From Chrysomallon squamiferum (Eukaryota; Animalia; Mollusca), in contig CM022668.1 of the NCBI GenBank assembly GCA_012295275.1, forward strand, positions 15,190,001 through 15,254,000: a stretch of DNA of 64,000 bases, written 5' to 3'. This document shows, piece after piece, positions 30,138 to 44,900 of this stretch; position 1 is the first letter of the stretch; every line of letters starts with the position of its first letter. Both the position numbers and the translations under genes were made by a program. A model generated the notes under the pieces. It was not told the origin of the DNA and searched no databases. It saw only the letters and a list, made by a program, of their open reading frames with translations.

Positions 30138-30424
30138 ACGAACTTCCAGAAATATTTGGACAAGACAAAAACCAGAAACTTCCCCAGCTAATCAAGCGGC
30201 TTTCAATAGCAGTCGCGCAGAACACGCTGCAAGTTGAAGATCCGAACCGGCCCGATCCAAACGATGAGGACCCGGATCATCCAATCGATTACAGACGACT
30301 GTCAATACGCTCAGGGCAGGGCGACTACTTCGGCTCCACCCATTTTACGGGTGGCCACCAGGAGCAAGAGACTTCACTCCTAGTTCCGCCTAAGTTGGAA
30401 ACTCTGTCCGAGGACGATTATTAA
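30138..30424 (+). CDS. Shisa-like membrane protein, terminal coding exon 4 (cytoplasmic tail DELPEIFGQD...LETLSEDDY*)
   Basis: Acceptor TTTATTTCAAG, phase 1 matching exon 3. Open, non-repetitive frame ending at TAA 30422-30424. The four exons total 609 nt, a multiple of 3. Confidence 0.88.
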
Positions 30425-31237
30425 CAAGTCTGTCATCTGTCTGTCTGTCTGTGTGGTTTTTTTTTAACTTGTTTTAAACCTAATCGTCATCATCATCATC
30501 ATCATCATCGTCATTATTATTATCATCATCGTCGTCGTAGTTTTATTTTTCTTCTTCTGCTACTTCTATTACTGCTACTACTGCTGCTGCTGCTGCTGCT
30601 GCTACTAATATTAATATTTTTTTCTTCTTCTCCTTCGTTCTCGTCTTCTTCTTCTTATTTTTGTTTTTGGGTATTTACCAAAATATTTAGTTTATTGGAT
30701 GCGGTTTTTTTTTTTTTTTTTATTGGTGCGATTTAAATTTTCTTCTTGGTATTTTTGTTGTTGTTGTTGTTGTTGTTGTAGTCTTTTCTTCTTTTTCTTT
30801 CTCAATTTTTATTTTTTTTATTTTATATTTATTTATTTATTTATTATTTTTTTAAATTCTTTTGAATAAGATAAATACAAACAACGCAAGCCTGGGAACT
30901 TGAGCGGTCTCTTCGAAATGTCCGACATCTATAAAGTTTTTTTCTTTCGTCAATGAAACTGTACATACAACCAAATTAAGGTTATCTACCTGAAAAGATT
31001 CAAAAGAATAACAACGTCATCACGAATACTGGGAAAGGGGTGGTTATAAAAATATAAAAAAAATATATAATTATTCAGATATGACCTATTTGTTTGCAAG
31101 GTCATAAGCCTATTTTTTTAAAATTGTATTTATTATTTATTTTCTTATTAGTGTTGTCTTCCCCATATAATTACAGTTTCTTACTAATCGAACAATAACA
31201 ACGATATCAACATCAGCAACAGCAGCAGCAGCAGCAG

Positions 31238-31276
<39 letters not shown>

Positions 31277-31304
31277 TAAATAACAGATGATTAATAATTG
31301 ATAG

Positions 31305-31681
31305 AACAGGAGAAAAACTGCTGTAACAAAAAAAAACAAAAAAAAAACGATTATCTAACTAAAGCACCTGACCGTTTTGTGCTTTATAGTTTTATATTTT
31401 TCTGCACGTGCATTCTTCGTACCGCACGAGCTCTTGACATGGATATTCAAGACACTGATAAGAAGCAGAGAAATATTTTATATATATTTTTTTTTTTTTT
31501 CATCGACCCGAGAAGAAAAGGTAAAGAACGAAAACACGTGTCGTTCCGGTACAATTCCCGCTGGTTTAGGGTAGCGGTTTTGAAAGTGTAGACTGAGACT
31601 CACAAGAGTATAGTAGACAAACATAGAATGTTTTCACATCCTGTGAGAAACCTGTAGGGCTTTAGGATCGAATCTCCATTA
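31305..31681. repeat. Right arm of ~375 bp inverted repeat
   Basis: Ends CACATCCTGTGAGAAACCTGTAGGGCTTTAGGATCGAATCTCCATTA; reverse complement of 22938-23309. Confidence 0.95.
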
Positions 31682-31857
31682 CCGCTACTTACTTCCAACT
31701 GGCTAGAATAAAATAAAATTTATATTCATAATAGAAAAAAAAAACAATTAAATATATATAAATAAATAAATAAATAAATAAAGTGATTGCTAATAACATG
31801 TTTTTTGGTTAGTTTATTTATTTATTTATTTGTTTATTTGTTTAGTATTTTATTATA

Positions 31858-31949
<92 letters not shown>

Positions 31950-31970
31950 TTATTTATTTAGTTACTTATA

Positions 31971-32018
<48 letters not shown>

Positions 32019-34386
32019 TTGAAAATAACAATTTTCTACCGGTCAGTAAATACCCCATGATTGCAATGTGTCCATTCTGGGCTCTTTACCATTATCAGGA
32101 CAATACATTTTTTTTTTTTTTTTTTTTTTCTATGTCTTGAATAGAAAACCATCTCTTTCTACACTTATAAATGGCAATGAATCTCAGGTCTGTTTCATTC
32201 AGTCGTAAACGAATCTTCTTCAAACTCTGCTGAAAATACAGCTCTGGGTTCAGTCATTTCTGTGACTTAAATGATTTCTTAGGATCATAAAACATGAAAA
32301 AAATGTGAAGAAAATGTTTATATTTTAACGAATTGACGACTGTGATAAATATTATAATATTTTAAGGGATTTTTTTTTTTTTTTGTTCGGCTGTTTTCGG
32401 CTGTTTTCGGCTAACCTCGACTGTAGTCGTGACTTAAAAGAAAATCCCTTGATTGTATATAGTTGTGTGAATTTGTTTCTGTATTAAAAAGCAAGAAAAG
32501 AAAGATTTAATGTAAATATTTGAATTTATACTGATAATAAATTTTGGAATAAAAATCAAATGTGTTTTTGTTGTTTGTGTTTTGGGTTTTTTTTTTAACA
32601 GAATGAAATATATTTAGCACAATTAATGGTTTGAAGTAGAACTTTATTTATATCTTCTTCTTACTTTCTTTCTTATTTTATATATATATACATACATACA
32701 GAAATTTTAAATGGCTGTTGTAAATATATTAATAAGACTGAGTCTCCATTGCTTGTTCTATTGCAATAATAAATATATTCAACAGATTGAGTCTCCATAT
32801 TTATAAATTACGTACGTCCTTTGGTAAATTATAAACGTTTCTCTTTAATCTTAAGGAAAATAAAGAGAATTTTTTTTATTTTTATTATTTTTTATTTAGT
32901 AGCAATAGCTGTAGTAGTTCTGCAGTAGTAACAGCAGTAACATTGTAGTAGTCGTAGTTATAAAAGTAATTGCGAAACCTCTCCCTGTATAGCAGGAATA
33001 ACAGTAGCGGTAGTAGTAGTAATAGTAGTAGTGGTAGCAGTAGTAGTAGGTAGGTAGTGGTAGTAGTAGCAACAGAAGCAGCAGCAGTAGTAGTTTGTTA
33101 TTAGTAGTAGTAATAGCCTGTAGTCTGTTTGTTTTGTCCTTTCAGCCTTCTTTCGTTTCTTTTATTTTCTTTTATTTATTCATTTGTTTATTTATTTATT
33201 TATTTATTTATTTATTTTCACTTACTGCTGTCATTATTGCTCTTGTTGTTGTTGTAAATGTTTTATCTTTCGTTACTTTCCTTTCTTTTTATATATATAT
33301 TTTTTTCTTTTTCTTTCTTTCCTCTTCTTCTCCCCTCACCACTCTTCCCCACCCCAACCGAACCCAACCCAACCCACCAATCCTGGTTTGTCAGCTTTTA
33401 ATAACTAAAGAAAAACGCCGCAGCATGTCAACAACAAAATGGCGGCAGCAAACGGCTGATAATGGTAATTGACTGGTACTTGGCTGATTATTCTAATCAA
33501 GTGCGGTCAACGGCCAACTGCAGCGTAACATTGTGGAGTGGCCAGTGTTATTACATGTCTTCCGCGCGCTAATTATACAGAAGCTGGTAACACATTCATT
33601 ACGATAAACTGGCGTGGTTCTTTTGTTGACGTGTCTTACAGGACAACGTCGTCGTCGTCGCCATCATCACCATCATCATCATCATCATCTTCTTGGTGCA
33701 TTTGGTGTGTCAGCTACGTCGTTGCTGTGAATGTTGGATAGATAGTTGTTGTTGGGTTTTTATGTAGAATATCTGCTTGAATTTACAGGCGTATTTTTGT
33801 AGGAGATATTTATACAGAGGAAAAAGGGTAAAAAAAAATTGTTTTTAAAAATCTGTATAATGATGACAGAAGCGGTAGTAGTTGTTCTTGTTGTAACTGT
33901 GGTAGTAGTTGTAGTTGAGAGGCAAAATGAGGATGAAGTAGAAGTAGTTCAAAATAGTGAAGATTGTGTTGATGGTGAAGTAGTAGTAGCAGTAGTAGTA
34001 GCAGTAGTAGTAGTAGTAGTAGTAGGTGATGGTTGTAATAGTTGGTGTAATAATAAATTTCAGTTTCTGATGGTCCCTCCTTCCCTCTCTCTCTCTCAAC
34101 TTTTGTTTATCCATTCTTTCGTGTTCCGATATTTCAATGCACTGGATTATTAACTTTCGCTGCTGTCATAAAACAAATGTTGATAAAATATTCATCTTCC
34201 TCCAGCCCCGTCGTTACGACTCCCACTAAAACACTTGCACACACACACACACACACACACAGAGACACACACGCACGCACACACACACACACTGTAATAG
34301 TGTTATGTTCCTCTCAGTCTATTTAAGTAACGCATGTTTTACGTCTGTTAAACGTTTTCCAAGGGTTATCTCACAAGCAAAAAAAA

Positions 34387-34422
<36 letters not shown>

Positions 34423-34499
34423 ATAGAAATTTGATAACACTTCTACACTCCACAGACAAACTCTTTCTTACAAAAAAAAAAAAAAAAATGATCGCCTCA

Positions 34500-34860
34500 T
34501 CCTGAAATTCAGCCCTCAAACAAAAGATAATTGAACTTATGTATGAACCGCTTCGGCTTTGCCTACAAAATATGTCAGGCGACGGATCAACGGATTCCAA
34601 TTGCTTCGACAAAGATTGACAAACTCCCGCAGCGACTCGTTTGTGAGAAATCCGCGGGACACAAACTCCCGCGCTCAATAAGCCCGCTGACGTCCCCTTG
34701 CCTCCAGGCGGCGCTTTTATAACGGGGACAGCGGGGGGGGGAGGGGGGAAGCCCCATTTGAGCGGAGCGTCTCAGTGAGGATGGGAAAAGCCAGAACCGG
34801 GCTGCGTGCAGGGAGAAAAAGATGACGGGGAGGACGTGGCTACAAAATCACTGGAGATGC
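34500..34860 (-). promoter_or_regulatory. Minus-strand TATA-box promoter candidate
   Basis: TATAAAAG (plus strand CTTTTATA 34714-34721) in a GC-rich context. Inr-like TCAG lies about 31-34 nt downstream (34690-34687), and a G/C tract lies immediately upstream. Confidence 0.5.
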
Positions 34861-35264
34861 GAAGTTTTATTTATGTCGTGATGTTCGCTGAATTCCTCCG
34901 TGTTCGGTTTAAAGTGGCGAGTCAGATTCCCGCCAGCTGAAGAACGCTGCTGTGATGCAATAAAGCGATAAAGAAACATTCTTGAAATACGTTATCGGTT
35001 GCTTTGATTGTAGGCAGTGATGATGATGACGATGGTGGTGATGATAATGGTGTGATGATAGCGACGATGATAACTTTTTAAAGTTATTTGTAGAAATAAA
35101 ATGCCTGTCTGTCAAACTCTCTGTTTCTCTTTCTCTCTCCTACTTTCTGTTTTTATCTCTCTTTATTTTTTTCTTTCTGTCTGCCTGCATCCGTTTCTGT
35201 ATATCATTTTTTATTTCTGTGTTCTTGTTTACCTCATTTGTCAGTTTTTATATCTCTCTTTTTC

Positions 35265-35284
35265 TATCTATGTCTGTCTGTCTC

Positions 35285-35319
<35 letters not shown>

Positions 35320-35394
35320 CTCTATCTGTCTGTCTCTGTCTCTCTCTCTCTCAGTCTATCTGTCTATTTAGCTATCCATCCACTCATCTTTCTG

Positions 35395-35429
<35 letters not shown>

Positions 35430-35434
35430 GTCTA

Positions 35435-35471
<37 letters not shown>

Positions 35472-35484
35472 GTCTATAAATCTA

Positions 35485-35527
<43 letters not shown>

Positions 35528-35645
35528 ATCTATCTATCTGTCTGTCTATCTAACTATATCAATCTATCTATCTATCCATCCATCTTCATATCTACTTATC
35601 TATATATTTATCTATCTATGCATATATATCTATCTGTTTGTCTAT
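35265..35645. repeat. (TATC)n/(TGTC)n tetranucleotide microsatellite
   Basis: Read directly. Related tracts at 39945-40110 and 45395-45520. Confidence 0.93.
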
Positions 35646-35799
35646 TTAATTAATCAAAAATACGTTAGCCAAGTTTTGCCGTCATTCCTAATCAAAACAA
35701 TATTAACATCAGGACACTTAATTCACTATCATCATTATTATTATCAGCGAAGAATCTTTCAAATAGCCATTCCACGCCTAAATAATCAAACCAACACAG

Positions 35800-36340
35800 G
35801 CCCGAACGAACTGTGTACGCGAGAACAATCGTCATTCACGTCGTCATCACCGACTGCGACAATCGCGTCACGCCGGCGTGACGCGACGTCGGCGCTTTCA
35901 GCCCACGTGACCCGTTCGCGCAATTCCGCGTGACCTTCGCGCCTCGCTTACACAGGCAAACAAGGCGACAAGCGGTGCATTTAAGATCCGAGTCCAGATA
36001 ACCGAGACTAACAAAAAAAAAAAAAATACTACTACTAACTAAACTACCGCAAATCGGTGCAGATGTCGCAAACGGGTAGTCGTAATTAGACGTGACGGGA
36101 TTAGGTCGGATCACGGCAATCACCGTACAGTCGTAGTGCGTTAATTTGAAAGCATTATCCCCGCATGGATTTCCTCAGTGAGTCTTCACCACGGGGGGGG
36201 GGGGAGGTTTTTTTTTTTTTTTTTTTTTGCCTCGCCGAAGTTGGCAATCTTTTCCTTAGCTTTTCTGCTGCGGCGTTGAAATGTTCCGCCGGACAAAAGA
36301 GTTTTCAGAATGCGAACAAGGGACAGCGTGTAATCGTTCA
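35800..36340. promoter_or_regulatory. CpG-rich non-coding island
   Basis: Dense CpG, a 24-bp palindrome and a CACGTG E-box; no credible ORF. Confidence 0.45.
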
Positions 36341-36401
36341 ACTTAAAAAAATAAAAAATAAAAATACATCCTCAAAAGAGACCGTCAGCTCATGGGGGTA
36401 C

Positions 36402-36432
<31 letters not shown>

Positions 36433-36651
36433 GAGAAAGAGAGATAAAAAAAAAAAAAAAAAAAAATGAGAAAATTCCTGAATGAGAAAGAGATGACACT
36501 CGAGTTTTTGTTGAAAGCCAAAACATGACCATGCGTAAATCTTTGTGGGTTTTTTCTTTTTTTTTTTTTTTTTTTTCTGGTTTTTTATTTTTTTTAAGCT
36601 TCCATATTCAGAGAAGCGTAGGAATTAGTAGTGTTAAGGATTTTTAAAATT

Positions 36652-36686
<35 letters not shown>

Positions 36687-37059
36687 TTTTTTAGAATCTT
36701 AGAAATGATGCTGAATATAACACTAAAATAATAAAAATTACCTGGGAAATTAAGGTGTTCATCTTGTTCTTGTAATCAAAACGATTCAGATTAACATCTG
36801 GTACCTGTACTTGTTGTATTTGTAGCAATCAAACAAAGAGAAACTGGAAAAGCTACATACTAAGTGTGTCTAAACTAGACAGAATGATATAACAGTAGAG
36901 ATCTTAGTATAGGGAAATAATTATTGCGTTTTTCTTTGAAATTTGTACGTTACAACATCGTATGTATGGTTGTGTTCAGTGTATAATGATGGTTGTGGTG
37001 TGTTTGTGTATTCACGTGTGTGTGTGTTTTCACTGGGCTTGTACAGGTGTATGAATAAT

Positions 37060-37095
<36 letters not shown>

Positions 37096-37650
37096 TGTGT
37101 GTGTGTGTGTGTGTGTGTAGTGTGTGTGTACGCTCAGTTCCGTATATGTATATAACAGGAGATTAAATAAGTGTGATTAATGTCGAATATGTATCTGTGA
37201 CAATGCACGTTACCGCACGTGAGGTTTTAGCGTGCGCGTGTGCGTGCATACGAGTGAGTATGTACGTATGTGTGTGTTTGTGTAGTTACATACATACACA
37301 AACATCTTCATAATGTTAATCGTTTTCGTCTATTTCTTTGTTACTGTTACCGCTACAGTTCAATGAATGGGATATTCTTTTATTTATTTATTTATTTATT
37401 TAAAGTCGCCTTCATCAGCAGTTTTCAAACGACCTGTTCAGGAGGTGCTCCAGTCTTGTCGCGCTATTGTCGAAAACGCAACTCACAGAACTCGTCTTCA
37501 GTAAATTAGGGCGGCTCTCGAAGGGCGTCAAGAGGGTGGGTGGGGCGGAGAAAACTACTTGGGTGAACAAACCAACCGTTCTCCGGGGCCCCTTACCCGC
37601 CCACGAGTCAAGTCTTCACAGAGGGTTGTTTCATTCATGGACAGTGCGTA

Positions 37651-37789
<139 letters not shown>

Positions 37790-38025
37790 GGTTCGGGTTT
37801 TAGTTCGTCACTAAATAAAGGCAGTTAATGTTTGTTTTATTTAGTCACACACAGTTTGATTTTCTGTTTAGTTCTGACTGGTTGCTCTAATGTTTTCTGT
37901 TTTTTTTGTGTCACACACAGTGATTGATTTTCTGTTTTCTGGTTCTCACTGGTTCTGCATCTCTGTCTCTTTTCTGTAGGTTTGTCTGTGCTCTCTCTCT
38001 CTCTTTCTCTCTGTCTTTCTGGTTA

Positions 38026-38064
<39 letters not shown>

Positions 38065-38330
38065 GTCTCTCTCTGTCTCTGTCTCTCTGTTTCTCTTTCT
38101 CTAGTGTGAAGGAAATGATTAGAAGCGATTCAGGTGTAAGTGTCTTCACGTTTTCAATCGGGGATATCATTTGTATTGTTACCTGTTGTTACCTTGGGGA
38201 AAGGTGAAAAATTACAGGTGTGAATATTTGGGGGGATGTCTGTGTGCGCCAGTTGTGAGAAGTGACGGTTTAGGATTTCTCAGTGTTTTCATAAAGAGAC
38301 AGATGTTTAAAAAATGTGTGTGTAACATGC

Positions 38331-38537
<207 letters not shown>

Positions 38538-38577
38538 GAAATTTTATTTTATATTCATAAACTGAATAATAATAATG

Positions 38578-38631
<54 letters not shown>

Positions 38632-39039
38632 TATATATATTTATTATACACACACATATTTATTATTTTGTTATTACATTACAAAAAGCAATCTTTTAAA
38701 ATCTAAAACCCAACGAAATATCGTGTTAACTTGACTAATTTAAATAAATAAAGAGACAAAAAAAAATAAAAAAAAAATAAATAAATAAATAAATAAATAA
38801 GCAAATACATTTTTTTTTAAATTATATAATTTAAAAATAAAGTTTCTAAAGACAAACATCAATTTATATATTTTTTTTTAAATAAATTATCCAGATATAA
38901 AAATTTAAACACGACAAAAAAAAAAAAAAAAAAATAAAAATAAAATCTTCTGAAATCTTACAACAAAAACACAACAACATCCGTCATTTTATTCGATTAA
39001 CCAAATCCCCAGTTTCCCAGTTTCTTCAGCTCTTGTTTT

Positions 39040-39700
39040 CCAGTAGCTGCCTGAAACGCGCGGAGACCGCCACCGACAACTCTTTATTGGATTCGGGTAA
39101 TGAATTCATTCGCGGACCCCGTTCATCATCATGTCTGACGTCTTTGCGCGTCGCACTTAGTCCGTCCGTCCCTCAGTACAGTTTTGGCAACCGGTAATTT
39201 CCTGATAGGAATTTCTGGTTTTCTGTCACAACAAAACTGCAGCAGATGGCTTCGCTTTTCGGCTTGGAACAAAGATAAATTCGGCGACGCTTTCCAATCA
39301 AAATAGGGGCGTTGGCAAAACGTGATTCCCCGTCTTGGCCCGTTTTGAAAAAAAAAAAAAAAAAAAAAATGGGCGTTTGAGTCGTCGTGGCAGGCCCTTA
39401 TTTTGTGTACACGATCCCTACCCTCTCAGCCCCACCCCTGCCACCCTCTGACGCCTTTGGGCCGAAACGAACGCCTCGGTCTGGCCCCCAGTATTTTCAC
39501 TTTGCAACGCGATCAAATTAAGCTAATTTGCGTGATAAATAAAACACGGGGCTGTCTTTCGACGGCTACACCACCACGTTCAGTCGAGTCTTGTCTTTAG
39601 CAGAGCCAGTGTTATAAATCAATTGTAGAACGGAACGGCCCGAGTTTAAAACAAAACTGGTGTAATTAATCAAATTCTGGATTCTGTCGATGAACGCTTG
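39040..39700. promoter_or_regulatory. CpG-rich non-coding island
   Basis: CpG enrichment with ATTGG/CCAAT and GGGCGT motifs; no credible ORF. Confidence 0.4.
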
Positions 39701-40043
39701 TTAAGAGATGGAATAACAGAAATGCGCTGTGAAATCGAGATTTCCTTTAACTGTCCTGGGTTTTTTTTTGTGCATTGAAGTTAAATGTCGTGCAGTGGTT
39801 GACGGAGGAATGAATGAATGAACGAACGAACGAATGAATGAACGAATGAATGAATGAACGAACGAACGAATGAATGAAAATTAATAAAAGCAGACAAGTA
39901 GACAAATAGCTAGAAAACAAGATAGGTAGACAGTGACAGAGAGAAGGATAGACAGATAGATAGACAGACAGACAGACATATATATGCGTAGATAGAGAGA
40001 GAAACAGACAGACAGAGAGAGAGGCAGACAGACAGACAGATAT

Positions 40044-40097
<54 letters not shown>

Positions 40098-40983
40098 CGA
40101 TATATAGATGAATAAATACAAAAGCAAATAAGAAAAAAGAAACAAGAAAGAAAGAAGGGAACACATAAGGAAACGAATAAGTAAACTAATAAACAAACAA
40201 ACAAACAAAGACACGAATAAATAAATAAATAAATAAACAAATAAAAATAAAAACACATGACTCGTTATTGAAAATCAGCAGTAAAGTCTGAATTATTTCC
40301 TTTATATTTTCTTCATCTATTTTTCTCTTTACTTCTGTCGAGAGAGAGAGAGATGAGATTGAATAAGATGAGAGAGAAGAAAAACAAGACTAAAGAGAAC
40401 AATCTTAAGACCACAAAACATACAACAACAACAACAAAAAAAAAAAAAAGACCCCACAGAAATCAAAAACACAACTAAAACAATATTACAACTCTCCACC
40501 TTTAGGATTATTAATTGCCACCTGGTCAGCTCAGATTATCAAAGCTTTATATATTAATTCATCAGTTTACCCTTGATTAATCTGTTTCATTTTTACACTT
40601 ATCCTTAACTGTTCAATTCACCAGTAATTTCCTTTTATGACCAGTAAACCAAAAAAAAAAAACTATCACGTTTTTATTGTTAATTTTTTTTTTTTTTGTC
40701 TTTCGCTATCTCAGTTTAACCGAGTTATTCTGTCTGTTAAGAGTCCGGCAAAGATCAAAGGAACTGGTCACACAGAAGTCGACAAAACATTTACAAAATC
40801 AAAGGATGGGTCAAGATGACCAGAAGATGTGGGGTTAATGTGCCATTGTAAGACTAATTAAATAAAACGACACAATGGGATTAACCGTGTAGGTAACAGC
40901 AGACGATAAATGCATGTAAATCGGGTAATCCGTTTGAGATACAAACGGTTCAGGATTAAGTGATCCTAATGTAAAGGTGATAA

Positions 40984-41018
<35 letters not shown>

Positions 41019-41355
41019 TTTCTCTTGTAGCCGACATGCTAAAAGCGTATTTGTTTTTCATTTCCTTTTTTTATTTGTTTCTTGGTTTTTCTCTTTCTTT
41101 CTTTCTTTCTCTTTTTCTCTTTTTTCTTTTTCATTTGTTTTCATTTTTATTTTTGTTTGTCTTTACTTGCTTTCTCTTTCTCACTCATAAAATAAATATT
41201 GAATTAAACTGATACAGATTTCACACCCAGACTAAGAGACACACTGGTGACAAATGGATCGATGGATGAATAGACAGATAGACGGATGGAAAGAATAACT
41301 GATGGACGAAAAGAGGAATATTTGCAGAAGAAGAGAAAATGACTAAAGCTGTTAC

Positions 41356-41453
<98 letters not shown>

Positions 41454-41631
41454 GTATATATTCGAAATATAAATAAATCAAAACCGAACGAACAAAAAAT
41501 AAATAACTAAATAAACAAACAAAAAATCAGATAAATTTATAAGTAAATAAGTAAATGAATAAATAAATAAATAAACAAGAAAAAATAAGCACGTAAATAA
41601 ATAAATAAACCAATATATAAATAAATATAAA

Positions 41632-41668
<37 letters not shown>

Positions 41669-42179
41669 TATTGACAGAATGATACATATATAGATAACGT
41701 ACAGACGGACACCTAACGTGTTATAATCTAAATAAGAAGGCATCTGTCACTTAATTTCTTTTATCTCTTGGTATCACGTCATCATCATCAGCTGTTGCAA
41801 CGACAACTGGTTTAGTGTTAACATCGGCTACCTCAACACCTTCTCGTTTCAAGCAGATTAACATTTGATTTCTCGTTTTCTTTGTGTGTGAATTTGGTTT
41901 GTCGTTTTTTTTGTGGGTGAATTTGTTTGTTTGTTTGTTTGTCTGTTTGTTTGTCTGTTTGTTTGTTCGTTTGTTAATTTGTTGGTTTCTCTGTGGTTAG
42001 TTATGCATTTTTTTTTATAAAACGCAAAATCATTTAACTTCGGTCGTATTAAGTTTAATTTTTGCTTTATTTTTATACGTACGTTTTCATTTACTATATA
42101 TAAAATAAAATAAAAATCATACAAAGATTAACCCAATCCTTATTAAATGAAAGATAACAACAGTAAAACTGTTTAGTAC

Positions 42180-42900
42180 ACATGACCGCGCACGGCTGTT
42201 TGCGTCTGACATCAAACGCGGCAGACGGGCAAATAACATTGGCGAAATTGTTTCTTCTCAAAATAAATTTTTAAATAGCTGGATTGTCTGATAATTACCA
42301 GGAGACGTCTCTTTATTAAATTCCCACTCAAGAATCTTGTGTTCGATTACGCGGCACGATGAAAAAAAACCCGCGCGAAAAGCGTGAATCACGTGGGACT
42401 AACCGATCTATTTTTAGCCCAACGCGACGTCGCGTATTACCAGTCTAAATTTAAACACAAAACCGCGCGCTTTTTTTTTTTTTTACGCTAAGCGGAACAA
42501 ACACAAGAAGATCAGTTTCTTAAATATCCTTACGCGTTTTATAGCGAAACGAAACAGGTTTCGTGTGTGACAAGGCAAGCTGGTGGGTGGGTGGGGGGGA
42601 GCGAGAACAGCTCTGCCTTTGTTCGAGGGTGGGGGGGAAAACCTGATCCTTTTCATAATTTTTCCGTCCGCCGTTTTCAGATCCGAATTACGCAACGAAT
42701 GGGGGTGTGTGGTGTGTGGGGGGAGCTAGAGAGAGGTGGGATTACGCATCGCTGGATTTGGCCTTGCGTGGCAAAACAATTGCTGTGGAACTCGAGGCGA
42801 ATTCTCGCTGAATGCAAATTGATTGTCCCCGGAAAGCAGCGGTCAATAATTAATAGAGTCTAAGTGGAAATTCACGTGACTTGAGTTGTTGCTTTTTAAC
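42180..42900. promoter_or_regulatory. CpG-rich non-coding island
   Basis: Many CGCG, an E2F-like GCGCGAAA, CACGTG E-boxes and G-tracts; no credible ORF. Confidence 0.4.
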
Positions 42901-43063
42901 GCGTTATTATTTTTTTTTTTTTTTTTTTTTTTTTTTATTATTGTTGTTGTTGTCATTGCGGCATTGAATTGAGTGCAGGTGAAAAGGCAGATATATTAAT
43001 TTTTTTATTTGATGAAAGTAGTAAATGGAAAAAAATATGATTATTGTTATTATTATCATTAGC

Positions 43064-43099
<36 letters not shown>

Positions 43100-43134
43100 G
43101 TAAATATGTTATCTCTGCGTATGTGTGTGTGTGT

Positions 43135-43166
<32 letters not shown>

Positions 43167-43767
43167 AAATAAAATACGAAACAAAATGAATGTGGTAACA
43201 GAGTCATTTAAATGTTGGAATGAATGAATCAATGTGAATGAATGAATGAAAGAATAAGTAAAAGAAATATTGGACAAAACGAACGAAAGAGTAATTTAAA
43301 ACTGAACAGATGGATGAATGACGGGATGAATTATATGTAAAGCAATCAGTAATTAAATAAATATTGTTTTTCAACGATCTAAATTAATGAACATTTTGAA
43401 ATCACGGATTTAAAGGCAAACTGATCAAGCATGATTTTGTAATTAAACTTTTTAAACATTATTTTATTTACAAAAACTTCAAAACATACAGGGTATGACA
43501 TGTATTTATTATTTTTTATTGTTATTATTTTTATTTATTTTTCTCTATTTTTCTTTCTTTCTTTCTTTCCTTCTTTTTTCCTTCCATCCTTCTTTCTTTC
43601 ATTCTTTGTAGTTATTCTTTTGAATTAGGCCCCACTATCTAAGCTCTGGAGTCTTATATTAATATCATAAAAGTCACGTAACAAATAACCGATAACATTA
43701 TAAATATTTCATTTCGCCATTTGACAAAAATCTTTATTCATTTAATTTCATCCACACGTTACTAATG

Positions 43768-43794
<27 letters not shown>

Positions 43795-43800
<6 letters not shown>

Positions 43801-44095
43801 GCCGCGAAGACAGTCTAACCCAACTAATTGTGCCGAAAATCGAAATTTCACGGAAATCTCCGAGGTTGTTCTGATTGGAATCAGCGTGAAATTGTCCCGC
43901 CGCGCCGTAACATCAAAAAAAAAAAAAAAAAAATGTCCTTTTCAAAGCGAGGCTCCGTCTCGCGCTTTCACGCGCCATTATCTTAAACTCGATCGACATA
44001 AAGTAATTTTTCAATTATGACTGAGAGATACGGGCAGTTAACTCCGTGTATGTCTTATTTGAAGGTTTACATCGTCAAAGCGCGCAAAGGGGATC
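43795..44095. promoter_or_regulatory. Small CpG-rich non-coding island
   Basis: CpG cluster with TGATTGG and CGCGCC motifs between poly-A tracts. Confidence 0.33.
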
Positions 44096-44435
44096 AAATA
44101 ATAATAAATAAAAAAGATGTAATGAACATTATTATTTTTTTAACCTCCATTCATAGCATCAGTTGAGATCACTTGAGTACATATGTTTGGTTTATATCAA
44201 ATTCTGATTTTCGTGGTTAATGGTAGATTAGATAGTATGTTGGCAAGTATACCGTAGAAGAGGTTATTTCTGAACTGCTATATAATTCTTATGTTAGATT
44301 TTAAATAGAAATTAATTATATTTACTACTTTAGCAACTGCTGCTATTATTATTATTATTATTACTACTTTTATTACTGTCACTACTACTATTATAAATAC
44401 TGCTACTATAATTATTACTAAGTACAGTTAGTACA

Positions 44436-44474
<39 letters not shown>

Positions 44475-44861
44475 GTTGTTTGTTGTTGTTGTTGTTGTTG
44501 TTTCTCGTATTGTTATTTTTATTATTGTTCTTGTTGTTCTTGTTGCTATTATTATTATTCATTCATTCATTAATTTTATATAACAAACAACAACAACAAA
44601 AAATTAAATTAAATTAAATTAAATACAAAACAACAGTAAATAAATAAATGAATGAATGAATAAATACATAAATAAAATGATTTATGTGAGAATCATATGG
44701 TACCTATTATAGCGAAAATGAAAATTATTTAAAATAATGATAATAACATTTTAATTAAATCCGAAGATAAGTTTCTGAATATATTAAACTTGCATACATA
44801 GGTTACAGGAAGGGAAAAAAATTAACAGTTTCCATTTAAAATAAACATGGAAGATAAAAAA

Positions 44862-44900
<39 letters not shown>

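Noticed and set aside
31693-31702. Possible 10-nt minus-strand micro-exon (TTCTAG|CCAGTTGGAA|GTAAGT) just outside the right arm
   Set aside because: Such short signals occur by chance in AT-rich DNA and cannot be supported without RNA data.
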